Positions 25,067-34,281 are shown, counted from the stretch's first letter. The stretch: 64,000 bases of DNA from Halieaceae bacterium (GCA_963669435.1 OY770025.1:3445472-3509471), one strand, 5' to 3'. Translations and numbers: made by a program. The notes: a model not told the origin generated them from the sequence alone.

Positions 25067-26152
25067 ATGACGGTCACGAGACTGGAATCGCAAGTGATTA
25101 TTGAAGAGCAGGCAGCGGAGTGGGTAGCTCGGTTGTTTGATCGAAGGTTAACCGAGTCCGAGGAGGTGGAGTTTGTCGCCTGGCTCGAGCAGGGCGAGCG
25201 TTATCGCCAGGCCTTTGACCAGTTCTGCGAGGTTTATACCAAAAGTGAACAACTGGGAGCGCTCAAAGATGTGCTCCCGCTCGTCGAGCAAGACTCTTCA
25301 ACCCTCACGGAAGGTAATACGCACCAGCATCAGGCCAGGGGTAGCCGCTTTTCTGTGTCTGCTCCACTTGCATTGGCAGCGAGTTTGTTCATCGCTGTCT
25401 GTTTGTCATTCTATCCCTATCTATGGGAAGACTCAGCGCCAAACCCGGCACTTGCCGAGATTCACAGTACCCAGGTCGGGCAATCCAAGACCTTAACGTT
25501 ATCAGACGGGAGCGTAGTTGCCCTCAATACAGATACTGAGATTGCCGTCAGGTTCGGCTCCCAACAGCGATCAATCGAGTTGTTGCAAGGGGAGGCCCAC
25601 TTTGATGTCGCTCATAGCCGTGAACGCCCGTTTATAGTGACCGTAGGAGGGGCGACGGTGCGTGCTGTGGGTACCGCGTTCAATGTGGACTTTTCGAAAG
25701 ATCTTGTCGATGTCACCGTAACGGAAGGTACGGTTGAGGTTAACACTGAGTTGTTCAAGGACATCTCATACCAGGAAAGTCGAGAACTGCTCGAAGAAGA
25801 GGCTGCTGCAGTAGTAACCCAGGTGCTGGTCTCGGCCGGTAGTTCGGTAACTTTTGGGCAGTTAATTGAGTCGGTGCAGCCAATCAAAAGCAGCCAGCTT
25901 GAAAAGAAGTTGTCGTGGCAAGAGGGAGTTTTGGTTTTCAATGGTGATACTTTAGAGCAGGTAGTTGAAATGCTGTCGCGCTATACCACCGTCAAAATTG
26001 TATTCACCGATGAGTCAGTCAAGGATATTCCTATTGGCGGCTATTTCCCGATTGGGGAAATCGACACAATGCTGGCTGCGCTGGAGTCTGGTTTTAAGAT
26101 TAATGTTAATCGCGTCAGTGATGATCTGGTTCTTTTATCTAGCAGCTTGTGA
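25067..26152 (+). CDS. FecR family anti-sigma factor / transmembrane sensor
   Basis: N-terminal 'AAEWVARL' anti-sigma domain, one central hydrophobic helix (LALAASLFIAVCLSFYPYL), and periplasmic FecR domain 'LSDGSVVALNTDTEI...LLQGEAHFDVAH...PFIV'. Confidence 0.85.
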   Translation: MTVTRLESQVIIEEQAAEWVARLFDRRLTESEEVEFVAWLEQGERYRQAFDQFCEVYTKSEQLGALKDVLPLVEQDSSTLTEGNTHQHQARGSRFSVSAPLALAASLFIAVCLSFYPYLWEDSAPNPALAEIHSTQVGQSKTLTLSDGSVVALNTDTEIAVRFGSQQRSIELLQGEAHFDVAHSRERPFIVTVGGATVRAVGTAFNVDFSKDLVDVTVTEGTVEVNTELFKDISYQESRELLEEEAAAVVTQVLVSAGSSVTFGQLIESVQPIKSSQLEKKLSWQEGVLVFNGDTLEQVVEMLSRYTTVKIVFTDESVKDIPIGGYFPIGEIDTMLAALESGFKINVNRVSDDLVLLSSSL

Positions 26153-26271
26153 TGGTCCGCACGGGGTTTGAGGCTTCGCTTGGCGGCAGTAATAGATGCA
26201 CCGGGTAATTCTGCCAGGGTCAGAATCCGCTCGATCCTTGTCTAAAAAAACGATCTTGCTGGCCACGTAGT

Positions 26272-29040
26272 ATGCGGATCGAGTTTTCCAGACCAGTGCT
26301 TGGACTAGTATCGGTTATAGTCATACTACTCTCAGGTCTCCCCGGCGCTCACGCGAGCGAAGCGCCTGTTCTGCACAGCTTCTCTATCCCGCCTCAGGAA
26401 CTTACACGCGCATTGGTGCAATTCGCGCAGCAGTCGAAAACTCACGTGTTGTATCAGTACGACAAATTGGAGAGTTTTCAATCCAATGAATTAATCGGAA
26501 AGCACTCCGTGGAAGCTGGTTTTTTGATACTGCTGCGGGGGACTGATTTGACAGTTACCAATGTGAGCGACGGGGTCTATACGGTGCACTCTCTCCCGGA
26601 ATTGGACACACCGGTTCAAAGGGGCGGCGAGTTCAGTATCGGGGCATTTTTCAGGAACTTGTTTCGTCTTGATGGCGCTAAAGATGAGCCCTTCGTCGCC
26701 ACACCCAGGAGATACCGACTCGAGGAGGTTGTGGTTACAGCCCGCAAGACAACGGAGAGACTGCAGGATGTGCCTGTCACCGTCATCGCCATGGGTGCTG
26801 ACAGAATTGAACCTCTTGATCTCGATGATATCTCCGAGTTATCCAACCTGATTCCCAACCTGACCATCCAGAAGGGCGGTACCGGCGGGGGCGGTATGAT
26901 CCGTCTTCGGGGTATCGGGTCGAGCGCGATCAGTAGTGCGTTCGATACTGCTATCGCCTTTAACTTTGACGGCATCCAGGTCAACAGCAGCAAGTACATG
27001 TTCCATAACATGTTCGACCTGGGGCAGATCGAAGTGCTCAAGGGCCCCCAGAGCCTCTACTTCGGCAAGAGTGCATCCGCGGGCGTGGTGACCCTGCGCT
27101 CGAATGACCCGGGCAGCGAGTTTGAAGCCAGCCTGGGCGGTAGCTACGAGTTCGAGGAAGCCGGCAGCAAGTACGAGGCGGTCATCTCGGGCCCACTCAC
27201 CGATACCCTCGGCGCGCGCCTGGCCCTGAAGTGGTCAGAAGTGGATGAGATCGCCAGGAACAACGCCACGCCCGCCAACTGGGGATCCATCGCCGCGGGC
27301 GGCCCTCCCTACCTGGGCGCCGATACCCAGGGGCCCCGTAATGACTATCGCGGCGAGGAAAGTCGCGATATGCGTGCCACGGTGGTCTGGGCGCCGTCAG
27401 ATCGTCTATTAGTAAACTTCAAGGGACTTTACAGCGAGTACGAGACGGACGGTTACAGTTATATGCTGGATGTTGCCTGTGTGGGAGATACAGCCCAGGA
27501 TACCGCGCTGCCCCTGATAGAGGGCTATACCGTACCCTCTGGCCTGGATTGTGATCCCACCGATGGGGTGGTGCAACTGGGCGATATCCCCGAGATCGAG
27601 GGTGCGGGTACGCCGCGGGGCAGGGTGCCCTTTTATGATTCGGAAGTGGCGTCTCTGGGGTTGACCATCGATTACAACCTCACCGATGACCTGACGCTGA
27701 CCTCGGTCACCGGCTGGATCGAGAACGATGTCGAGGCGCTTGATGGCGCCAGCTACGATGTCAATGCGTCACCGGGATCCCTGCAGGAAGACACCCGCCG
27801 GGAAAACTACTCCCAGGAGTTTCGCCTTAGCCGTAATTCGGGTGGGTTCTTCGATTACACGCTGGGCGCTTTTTATCAGACTCGCGAGATCGACTTTGTC
27901 GCCAATCACACGACAACGAGTCCCGCGATTGTGTTTGGCCCAGATTCAACCGGTTATACCGCCGGTTACCTGAAGGTGCACGAGACCGAGGCGGATGCGT
28001 ACTCCCTGTTCTTCAGTACTACCTTCCGGCCCACCGACACGGTTGAGATCACGGCGGGTGCACGCTACAGCGATGAGGAGCATGAAAATACCATCACCGT
28101 ACCGAGGGTCCACGAATCCCTCTCAGGATTTGGCCTGTTTTTGCCCTCTGGCTCACGCATTACCGGCCTGGAGTTTGAGGATGACTCGATTGACCCTGAA
28201 GTCAGCGTGAAGTGGCAGGTGGCTGACGAGGTCAACCTGTTTGCGGTGTACAAGTCCGGGTTCAAGTCGGGTGGTATCGACAATAGTGCGCTGCCGACCC
28301 CGGATTTACCGGTCACGGCAGGGGATCTGCTGGTGTTTGATTCCGAAACGGTTGACGGTTTTGAAGTAGGCATGAAGTCGGACCTGCTGGACCAGACCTT
28401 GCGCTTCAATGCGACGGTGTACCTGTACACGTATGAGGACCTGCAGACGCAGGAGTTCGACCTGGATGCCTTTAACTTCGTCACGCTGAATGCGGGTGAG
28501 GTGGAGTCCAGGGGGGCGGAACTGGAGACGGTATGGCTGACACCCTACGAGGGCCTGGTGTTTGACCTTCGCCTTGCCTACAGCGACAGCGAGTATACCG
28601 ACGACTTTTTTGTGACGGGGGAAACCAACCTGGACCCTGAGACCGGCCTTGAGAACATGAAGGGCCGGCAGATCCAGGGTAATTCCTATTGGTCGGGCAA
28701 TGCGAGCCTTAACTATGAGCGGTCGCTGACGTCGCTGCCGATCGATCTGAACCTGGGCCTGTTTGCCAGTTATCGCAGCAAATTCCAGGCGGGTATTTTC
28801 AGCAACTCGCCGGACCAGGGCGACTTCTGGAAGTTTGATGCGACGGTGGGTGTATCCAGTACGGATGGTCAATGGGAGTTGGCATTGATTGCCCAGAACC
28901 TTGAGGATGAGCGGACGCTGAACTCATCCATTGCGGGGCGTGTGAGCACGGTACCGGAGGCGGACACCGGTTTCAGGGACCAGCTGATCAGTTTCTCTCA
29001 CGGCCGGCAGGTTACTCTGCAGGCTAAGTGGAATATTTAA
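26272..29040 (+). CDS. TonB-dependent transducer (TBDR-2, with N-terminal STN signalling domain)
   Basis: Signal peptide, then 'FSIPPQELTRALVQFAQQSKTHVLYQYDKLES...' (secretin/TonB N-terminal signalling domain), TonB box 'EEVVVTA', and a plug and barrel identical to TBDR-1. Ends '...LQAKWNI'. Confidence 0.9.
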   Translation: MRIEFSRPVLGLVSVIVILLSGLPGAHASEAPVLHSFSIPPQELTRALVQFAQQSKTHVLYQYDKLESFQSNELIGKHSVEAGFLILLRGTDLTVTNVSDGVYTVHSLPELDTPVQRGGEFSIGAFFRNLFRLDGAKDEPFVATPRRYRLEEVVVTARKTTERLQDVPVTVIAMGADRIEPLDLDDISELSNLIPNLTIQKGGTGGGGMIRLRGIGSSAISSAFDTAIAFNFDGIQVNSSKYMFHNMFDLGQIEVLKGPQSLYFGKSASAGVVTLRSNDPGSEFEASLGGSYEFEEAGSKYEAVISGPLTDTLGARLALKWSEVDEIARNNATPANWGSIAAGGPPYLGADTQGPRNDYRGEESRDMRATVVWAPSDRLLVNFKGLYSEYETDGYSYMLDVACVGDTAQDTALPLIEGYTVPSGLDCDPTDGVVQLGDIPEIEGAGTPRGRVPFYDSEVASLGLTIDYNLTDDLTLTSVTGWIENDVEALDGASYDVNASPGSLQEDTRRENYSQEFRLSRNSGGFFDYTLGAFYQTREIDFVANHTTTSPAIVFGPDSTGYTAGYLKVHETEADAYSLFFSTTFRPTDTVEITAGARYSDEEHENTITVPRVHESLSGFGLFLPSGSRITGLEFEDDSIDPEVSVKWQVADEVNLFAVYKSGFKSGGIDNSALPTPDLPVTAGDLLVFDSETVDGFEVGMKSDLLDQTLRFNATVYLYTYEDLQTQEFDLDAFNFVTLNAGEVESRGAELETVWLTPYEGLVFDLRLAYSDSEYTDDFFVTGETNLDPETGLENMKGRQIQGNSYWSGNASLNYERSLTSLPIDLNLGLFASYRSKFQAGIFSNSPDQGDFWKFDATVGVSSTDGQWELALIAQNLEDERTLNSSIAGRVSTVPEADTGFRDQLISFSHGRQVTLQAKWNI
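26715..29033 (+). repeat. Direct repeat copy 2 (perfect core 26968..29033)
   Basis: See copy 1. ORF-track translations in the coding frame, two other + frames and two - frames are identical to those of copy 1. Confidence 0.9.
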
Positions 29041-29083
29041 TGTCTATCTCAGCATCCAACATTATCCCAGGGCAGGGCACAGC

Positions 29084-29569
29084 ATGAATGAACCGTATAT
29101 ATCCAACAACAGTGGACACCTTCTTTCTTTCAAAATAGCCGACAATGAGGTCAAGGACTCCCTGCCGGGAATACATATAGCACCTTGCTTTATCGACCCG
29201 GCCAGCGACTCCTGGGTCGTTTATACCCGATTCGACCCGAATACAACGCTACCGAGTCACTTCCATACAGGTCCGGTTCATGTCTACACGACCTCCGGTT
29301 CCTGGTACTACCTGGAACATCCGACCGATGTGCAGACCGCCGGCTCTTACGTCTATGAGCCCGGTGGAGCTACCCACACCTTTGTCACGGAGGAAGGTGC
29401 AGAGCTGTTTATTGTGGCTCAGGGCGCTAACGTCAACTTCGAGGAAGATGGATCGTTCATCAATATTCAAGACGCTACGATGATTACGCATATGCTGGAA
29501 GAGGCCTGCAAGGCGAATTCCCATGAGATGCCCAAATACGTCAGATCCTCGGGATTTCGCTTAGCTTGA
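29084..29569 (+). CDS. Cupin-fold protein, 2,4'-dihydroxyacetophenone dioxygenase-like
   Basis: 161 aa. 'LPSHFHTGPVHVYTTSGSWYYLEH...YVYEPGGATHTF' shows cupin His-containing motifs. Family call is from memory. Confidence 0.65.
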   Translation: MNEPYISNNSGHLLSFKIADNEVKDSLPGIHIAPCFIDPASDSWVVYTRFDPNTTLPSHFHTGPVHVYTTSGSWYYLEHPTDVQTAGSYVYEPGGATHTFVTEEGAELFIVAQGANVNFEEDGSFINIQDATMITHMLEEACKANSHEMPKYVRSSGFRLA

Positions 29570-29670
29570 GCTTCTGTCGCCGTTTTATCACACCGGTCGA
29601 AATACAGACGGTGAGGATCAATTTCTACCAGGCAGCGCGGTGAGCTGTTTTCTGCTTACGAGGTATTCAA

Positions 29671-30093
29671 TTGGACACGCCCCCCGAATTTATTGTTTTC
29701 AAGGGAAACAGTGTTGCCGAAGACCTGAATGGTCCATTTTACTATCGCAAGACCGACAGTGACCTCCGCTTCGGGTTTCGGGCGCAGGAAAAGAATTGCA
29801 ATGGCCTGGGTATCGTACATGGGGGTGTACTGACATTATTTGCCGATTACGCCGCGACAATGGCGGGCGTATCGGGCGTGAAAGAGTACTGCACAACCAT
29901 CAGTTTGAATTGTAATTTTCTGTCAGTGGTGAATCTACATGATTGGGTTGAGGCTCAATGTGTCATACAACGGAGAACGCGCAGGATGACATTCGTACAT
30001 GGGATTATGCAGGTGGGTGACGAGCAGGCACTTTCATTTCAGGCCGTACTTCGCCGGTTGCCGATTCAACAACGCGAAAACTCGAAGGCCTGA
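29671..30093 (+). CDS. PaaI-family (hotdog) thioesterase
   Basis: 'NGLGIVHGGVLTLFADYAATMAG' hotdog active-site region. TTG start with a weak RBS. Confidence 0.65.
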   Translation: MDTPPEFIVFKGNSVAEDLNGPFYYRKTDSDLRFGFRAQEKNCNGLGIVHGGVLTLFADYAATMAGVSGVKEYCTTISLNCNFLSVVNLHDWVEAQCVIQRRTRRMTFVHGIMQVGDEQALSFQAVLRRLPIQQRENSKA

Positions 30094-30227
30094 GTTTTGT
30101 CACACCCTGGTTGTGCCCAAGCCATCCACATTAAGTTGGAAATTGCTAACACCTTGCCCGCTTTTTATTGAGGCGATGTTGCAGACATATGGTTTCTCGA
30201 CTTCTAGAATTCGAATCATCCACTGCG

Positions 30228-30300
30228 CTACAGCATCAAATATTAGCCTGAAGAACCAAAAAAAGCAGTATTGCTTGTTTTATTTAGCGTGATGCTGTAG
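30228..30300. promoter_or_regulatory. 11-bp perfect inverted repeat enclosing a small AT-rich hairpin, upstream of SDR 30341
   Basis: CTACAGCATCA (30228-30238) and TGATGCTGTAG (30290-30300). Inner 'aaaaaagcaGTATtgcttgtttt' is a weak terminator-like hairpin. Confidence 0.3.
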
Positions 30301-30340
30301 GTTTAGGGTCCGCTTGGATAATAAATACCGTGGTGGTCGC

Positions 30341-31108
30341 ATGAAATTTGATCTCGGACTAAAGGGAAAGAAGGCAATAGTAGTCGGGGGTGCACGTGGA
30401 ATTGGTCGAGCGACCGCGGAAATGTTAGCTGCCAGTGGTGCGGATGTGTCGATTTGCGCGCGCGGTTCAGCGGATGTTAAGGGCGCTGTAGAGTCACTGC
30501 TGAGCCATGGTGTATCTGCCTACGGAAAGGCTATAGATGTCACGGACAAAGCCGCTTACCAGGAATGGATCTCTGAGGCCGGCGCCGAAATGCACGGCAT
30601 CGATATTTTGATTGTTATGGCTAGTGGCGTCGGTGGTTCTGTGGACGAAGAAAGTTGGTACGCTAACTTAGAAACCACTGTCCTTGGTGCCAGTCGTGCT
30701 GTCGAAGCAGCGGTACCATTTCTCGAGAAGTCTGACTTCGGCTCAATTATTTTGATGAGCTCGACCTCTGCTGTAGAAACTTTTTTTGCGCCGCAGCCAT
30801 ACAACGCGCTGAAAGCATCATTGTTAACTTATAGCAGCCAGTTGGGGCAAGCGCTGGGTAGTCAGGGTATTAGGGTAAATTGTGTTTCACCAGGTCCTAC
30901 CACCTTTGAGGGTGGAAACTGGGAGATAATCGAGAGTAACGCCCCGGAAATTTTCAAAGGTGTTGTTGCGAACTTCCCTGGTGGTCGGCTGGGGTCCGCG
31001 GTTGAAGTTGCAAATGCAGTGGTCTTTCTTGCGAGTCCCGCTGCAAGCTTTATTACGGGCGCGAACCTTGTTGTTGATGGTGGATATACTAAGCGAGTGC
31101 AGTTTTGA
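30341..31108 (+). CDS. SDR family oxidoreductase
   Basis: 'KAIVVGGARGIGRATAEML', 'YNALKASLL', 'GIRVNCVSPG', and C-terminal 'ASFITGANLVVDGG'. Confidence 0.85.
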   Translation: MKFDLGLKGKKAIVVGGARGIGRATAEMLAASGADVSICARGSADVKGAVESLLSHGVSAYGKAIDVTDKAAYQEWISEAGAEMHGIDILIVMASGVGGSVDEESWYANLETTVLGASRAVEAAVPFLEKSDFGSIILMSSTSAVETFFAPQPYNALKASLLTYSSQLGQALGSQGIRVNCVSPGPTTFEGGNWEIIESNAPEIFKGVVANFPGGRLGSAVEVANAVVFLASPAASFITGANLVVDGGYTKRVQF

Positions 31109-31111
31109 ACC

Positions 31112-31381
31112 TTGGATTGGCGGCAAGATTTTTATAGTTCCTTGGAGTTTGTTTTGCTTACTGATATACAGAATTGGTGTGATGAAGCGAAAAGTAATGG
31201 CAAGAGTAGTCGCAAATGGAGCCATTTGAAACAGCTTTATCTTGTCCCCGGGAAAACTGAGGACGATCTACGCGCGAGTTTGAATGGCATGGCGAAGAAC
31301 AATTTACTTTCTATTGAGTACAAACCGATCAGAGAAACTGGTCTGATTGATGATGAGCTAGCCATATTGTTTGTACAGTAA
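31112..31381 (+). CDS. Hypothetical small protein (doubtful)
   Basis: 89-codon ORF with a TTG start in an AT-rich patch and no recognisable motif. An overlapping alternative ORF lies at 30960..31229. Confidence 0.25.
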   Translation: MDWRQDFYSSLEFVLLTDIQNWCDEAKSNGKSSRKWSHLKQLYLVPGKTEDDLRASLNGMAKNNLLSIEYKPIRETGLIDDELAILFVQ

Positions 31382-31847
31382 CTTTATAGATTTGAATTTT
31401 TATGAAGTCAGACTGATTGGCGTTCCTGTCCAATGCTATGCCATTTAGCTAAAGACGCCCAGAGCCTACAGTTTAGCTAGCTCCTATCAATGGACTAAAT
31501 CGATGTGAGTTATCGTGGGATTACGTTGCCTATCCTTTCAGTTATCCCATATCTCACAGCTCCGTATCCCTCACAATATCTTATTTTTAAGTTACGTTTT
31601 TAGCCCTCGCGTAATTATGAGGTATAGGTTACGCCTAGGCGTCTAACATAGGGTGGCCTATTCCTGTTTCGACGATAGAGGTGACTAGTGCTCTCCTATG
31701 CATTCAGTCATCATCTTCTTGCAAGACACGGCCCCAGCCTAATGTCAGCTCAGGATTCGGATTCTTGCCAATGGTTGGGTTACATGCAGAGCGGTCAGGA
31801 TAAATAGGTGCGAATTTCAGACGCACTAACGGTCTTGGAAGTAATTT

Positions 31848-32525
31848 ATGAAAGAAAATATTGAATATTCCAGCTTTGAGAGATTCGTACGAATATCCCT
31901 AGATGACGGTAAGGCTAATGCCCTTTCTAGCGAATTAATTCAGCTTCTAATGTCGGCGCTCGACCGCGCCGAATCCGAAGAAAAAGTTGTAATAATTGGC
32001 GGTAGGGACGGGAAATTTTCAGCTGGATTTGATCTTAACGAGATAACCGCAGGAGAAACATGTAAAAAGCGTCTTGTTCGAGCTGGTGCGGAGCTTAGTC
32101 TTAAAATACTGGATTTGAACGTCCCAGTGGTTCTCGCGGTCAGTGGGCATGCCCTGGCAATGGGGGCGTTGTTACTTCTGGCAGCGGATTACCGAATTGG
32201 CGTCCACGGGAATTATCGAATTGGATTGAATGAAGTGGCTATCGGCATGACTATGCCACAATTCGGAGTGGAGCTTGCACGAGGCAAGCTCGATAAAGCT
32301 TTTTTGGGAATGTCGGTTAATTTGGGAAAAGTGTATCCGCCGGAAGAGGCGATAACAGCTGGTTTTCTGGATGAGGCAGTTGAATCAAGTCAATTAACTA
32401 TCCGAGCGAGCACTGTCGCGAGTGCTCTCTCCGAACTCAACATGAAGGCGTATCTTGAGACTAAAAAACGCGCACAGCGCGAGCTCGTGCGGCGAGTCGA
32501 GAATGCCATACAGGCAGGCTTATAG
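31848..32525 (+). CDS. Enoyl-CoA hydratase/isomerase (crotonase) family protein
   Basis: 'GKANALSSELIQLLMSALDRAE...VVIIGGRDGKFSAGFDLNE', the crotonase oxyanion-hole region. Confidence 0.8.
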   Translation: MKENIEYSSFERFVRISLDDGKANALSSELIQLLMSALDRAESEEKVVIIGGRDGKFSAGFDLNEITAGETCKKRLVRAGAELSLKILDLNVPVVLAVSGHALAMGALLLLAADYRIGVHGNYRIGLNEVAIGMTMPQFGVELARGKLDKAFLGMSVNLGKVYPPEEAITAGFLDEAVESSQLTIRASTVASALSELNMKAYLETKKRAQRELVRRVENAIQAGL

Positions 32526-32601
32526 ACCCGATTAACTTTGGTGCCCAGCGAATGAAAAGCGCGTGGGTCCAGACAACCATACTTTTGCTGGAGAATTATT
32601 A

Positions 32602-33741
32602 ATGGGACCCTTGCGAGGACTAAAGGTCATCGAATTGGCGGGGATCGGGCCGGCCCCAATGGCCTGCATGATTTTAGCGGATATGGGGGCTGAGGTAGTC
32701 AGAATTGAGCGCGGCAAAACTCGCCCGAGCACTCACAAGCACGATGTTAGCAATCGAGGGAAAAAGTCATTAGTGCTTGACCTTAAGGCTGACAAAGGCA
32801 AAGAGATTCTTTTCGAACTGGTTGCTGGCGCTGATGTGTTGGTAGAAGGTTTTCGTCCCGGGGTGATGGAAAAGTTGGGCTTTAGTCCAGAGGCCTGTTT
32901 CGCGAAAAACAAGAAGCTGATTTATGGGCGCATGACGGGCTGGGGACAGACAGGGCCGCTGGCCCACACGGCCGGACATGATATTAACTACATTGCTATC
33001 ACAGGTGCGCTTCACGCCGTTGGCAGACAGGGTGAGAAGCCGGTAGTCCCTCTTAACCTTTTTGGTGATATGGGCGGAGGGGGTATGCTACTCGTAAGCG
33101 GAATACTGGCGGCTCTGTATGAGTCTCAAACTTCTGAAGAAGGACAGGTTATCGACGCTTCCATGGTAGATGGGGCTGCTCAGTTAATGTGGATGATGCA
33201 TGGCTTTCACGCAAACGGTCGATGGAACGCTGAAGATCGGGGGTCTAATTTGTTGGACGGCGCGGCACATTTCTATGATACCTATGAGACTAGTGATCAG
33301 AGATATATAGCGTTGGGTGCCATCGAGCCGCAATTTTACCGAGAGTTGATTGAGCGCGCAGGTTTTGATGCAGCCGAGTTCTCTGGTGAAAAACAAATAG
33401 ACAAGAGCCAGTGGTCAGAGCAAAAAACAAGATTTGCGGAATTGTTCCGCCAGAAGACCCAGGAGGAGTGGTGCGACATCTTGGAGGGTACGGATGCTTG
33501 TTTCTCTCCGGTGTTGAATTTTCTCGAGGCGCCAGGGCACGAGCATAACCAGGCCAGGTCTACCTATATTGAGGTTGATGGTTTTATGCAGCCTGCCCCA
33601 GCTCCCCGGTTCAGTCGGACTGAGTCCCGCGTTGCACACGGGCAGCATGACCTTGGTCAGGACTCTGCTCTTGTTCTGGCTGATTTCGGATACTCTGAAG
33701 CGGAAATCGAAGCGTTGCGTGAGTCCGGCGTTATATCGTGA
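32602..33741 (+). CDS. Family III CoA-transferase (CaiB/BaiF; alpha-methylacyl-CoA racemase-like)
   Basis: ATG 32602 after GGAGAA. 'LRGLKVIELAGIGPAPMACMILADMGAEVVRIER', 'LVEGFRPGVMEKLG', 'GHDINYIA'. Confidence 0.85.
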   Translation: MGPLRGLKVIELAGIGPAPMACMILADMGAEVVRIERGKTRPSTHKHDVSNRGKKSLVLDLKADKGKEILFELVAGADVLVEGFRPGVMEKLGFSPEACFAKNKKLIYGRMTGWGQTGPLAHTAGHDINYIAITGALHAVGRQGEKPVVPLNLFGDMGGGGMLLVSGILAALYESQTSEEGQVIDASMVDGAAQLMWMMHGFHANGRWNAEDRGSNLLDGAAHFYDTYETSDQRYIALGAIEPQFYRELIERAGFDAAEFSGEKQIDKSQWSEQKTRFAELFRQKTQEEWCDILEGTDACFSPVLNFLEAPGHEHNQARSTYIEVDGFMQPAPAPRFSRTESRVAHGQHDLGQDSALVLADFGYSEAEIEALRESGVIS

Positions 33742-33817
33742 AGGCGGAAATGCCCATCAGTTGATCAGGATCTTTTGCCCGTCGCCCCCGACCATTGATC
33801 GGGGGGCGTTATTTGAC

Positions 33818-34198
33818 TCAACCCATATTGTGAAGGGCGCATATTTTGTTCCCGGCCGGGTCCCGCAGATAGGCAAGATATAATTTGCCGGCCGCGCCTT
33901 CCCTGACGCCTGGTGGATCCTCACAGGTCGTGCCGCCTTTGGCGAGCCCAACCTTGTGCCATTCCTCCACTGCCTCTGGGCTGTCGGCTGCGAATCCAAT
34001 GGTACTTCCATTGCCACAGCTGGCCGGATTGCCATCGATTGGTTCGCTCAAAGCAAATACGCCCGTTGGTGACATATAAAAGCACCTGCCCTGGTCGTCA
34101 ATAAATCCAGGCTCATGCCCCATGGAGCCGAGTAGAGCGTCGTAGAAGCGCTTGGATTCTTCAATACTGTTAGCCCCGATCATTACATGACTGAACAT
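33818..34198 (-). CDS. VOC (glyoxalase/bleomycin-resistance/dioxygenase) family protein
   Basis: ATG 34198 with AGGAGA RBS. 'MFSHVMIGANSIEESKRFYDALLG...LAYLRDPAGNKI'. Confidence 0.75.
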   Translation of the reverse strand: MFSHVMIGANSIEESKRFYDALLGSMGHEPGFIDDQGRCFYMSPTGVFALSEPIDGNPASCGNGSTIGFAADSPEAVEEWHKVGLAKGGTTCEDPPGVREGAAGKLYLAYLRDPAGNKICALHNMG

Positions 34199-34281
34199 AA
34201 CTTCTCTCCTATATTTCAATAATTACTGCCAGTAGGTTTGTTGATCGATGATTTCTTGTCTGGTAGCACGCTTTTCAGGCG

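Noticed and set aside
17600-29100. Whether the 2-kb repeat is part of a transposon or IS, or a composite mobile element.
   Set aside because: There is no transposase, integrase, terminal inverted repeat or target-site duplication at the repeat boundaries. The boundaries lie inside the coding sequences of the two receptor genes, which fits gene conversion or duplication instead.
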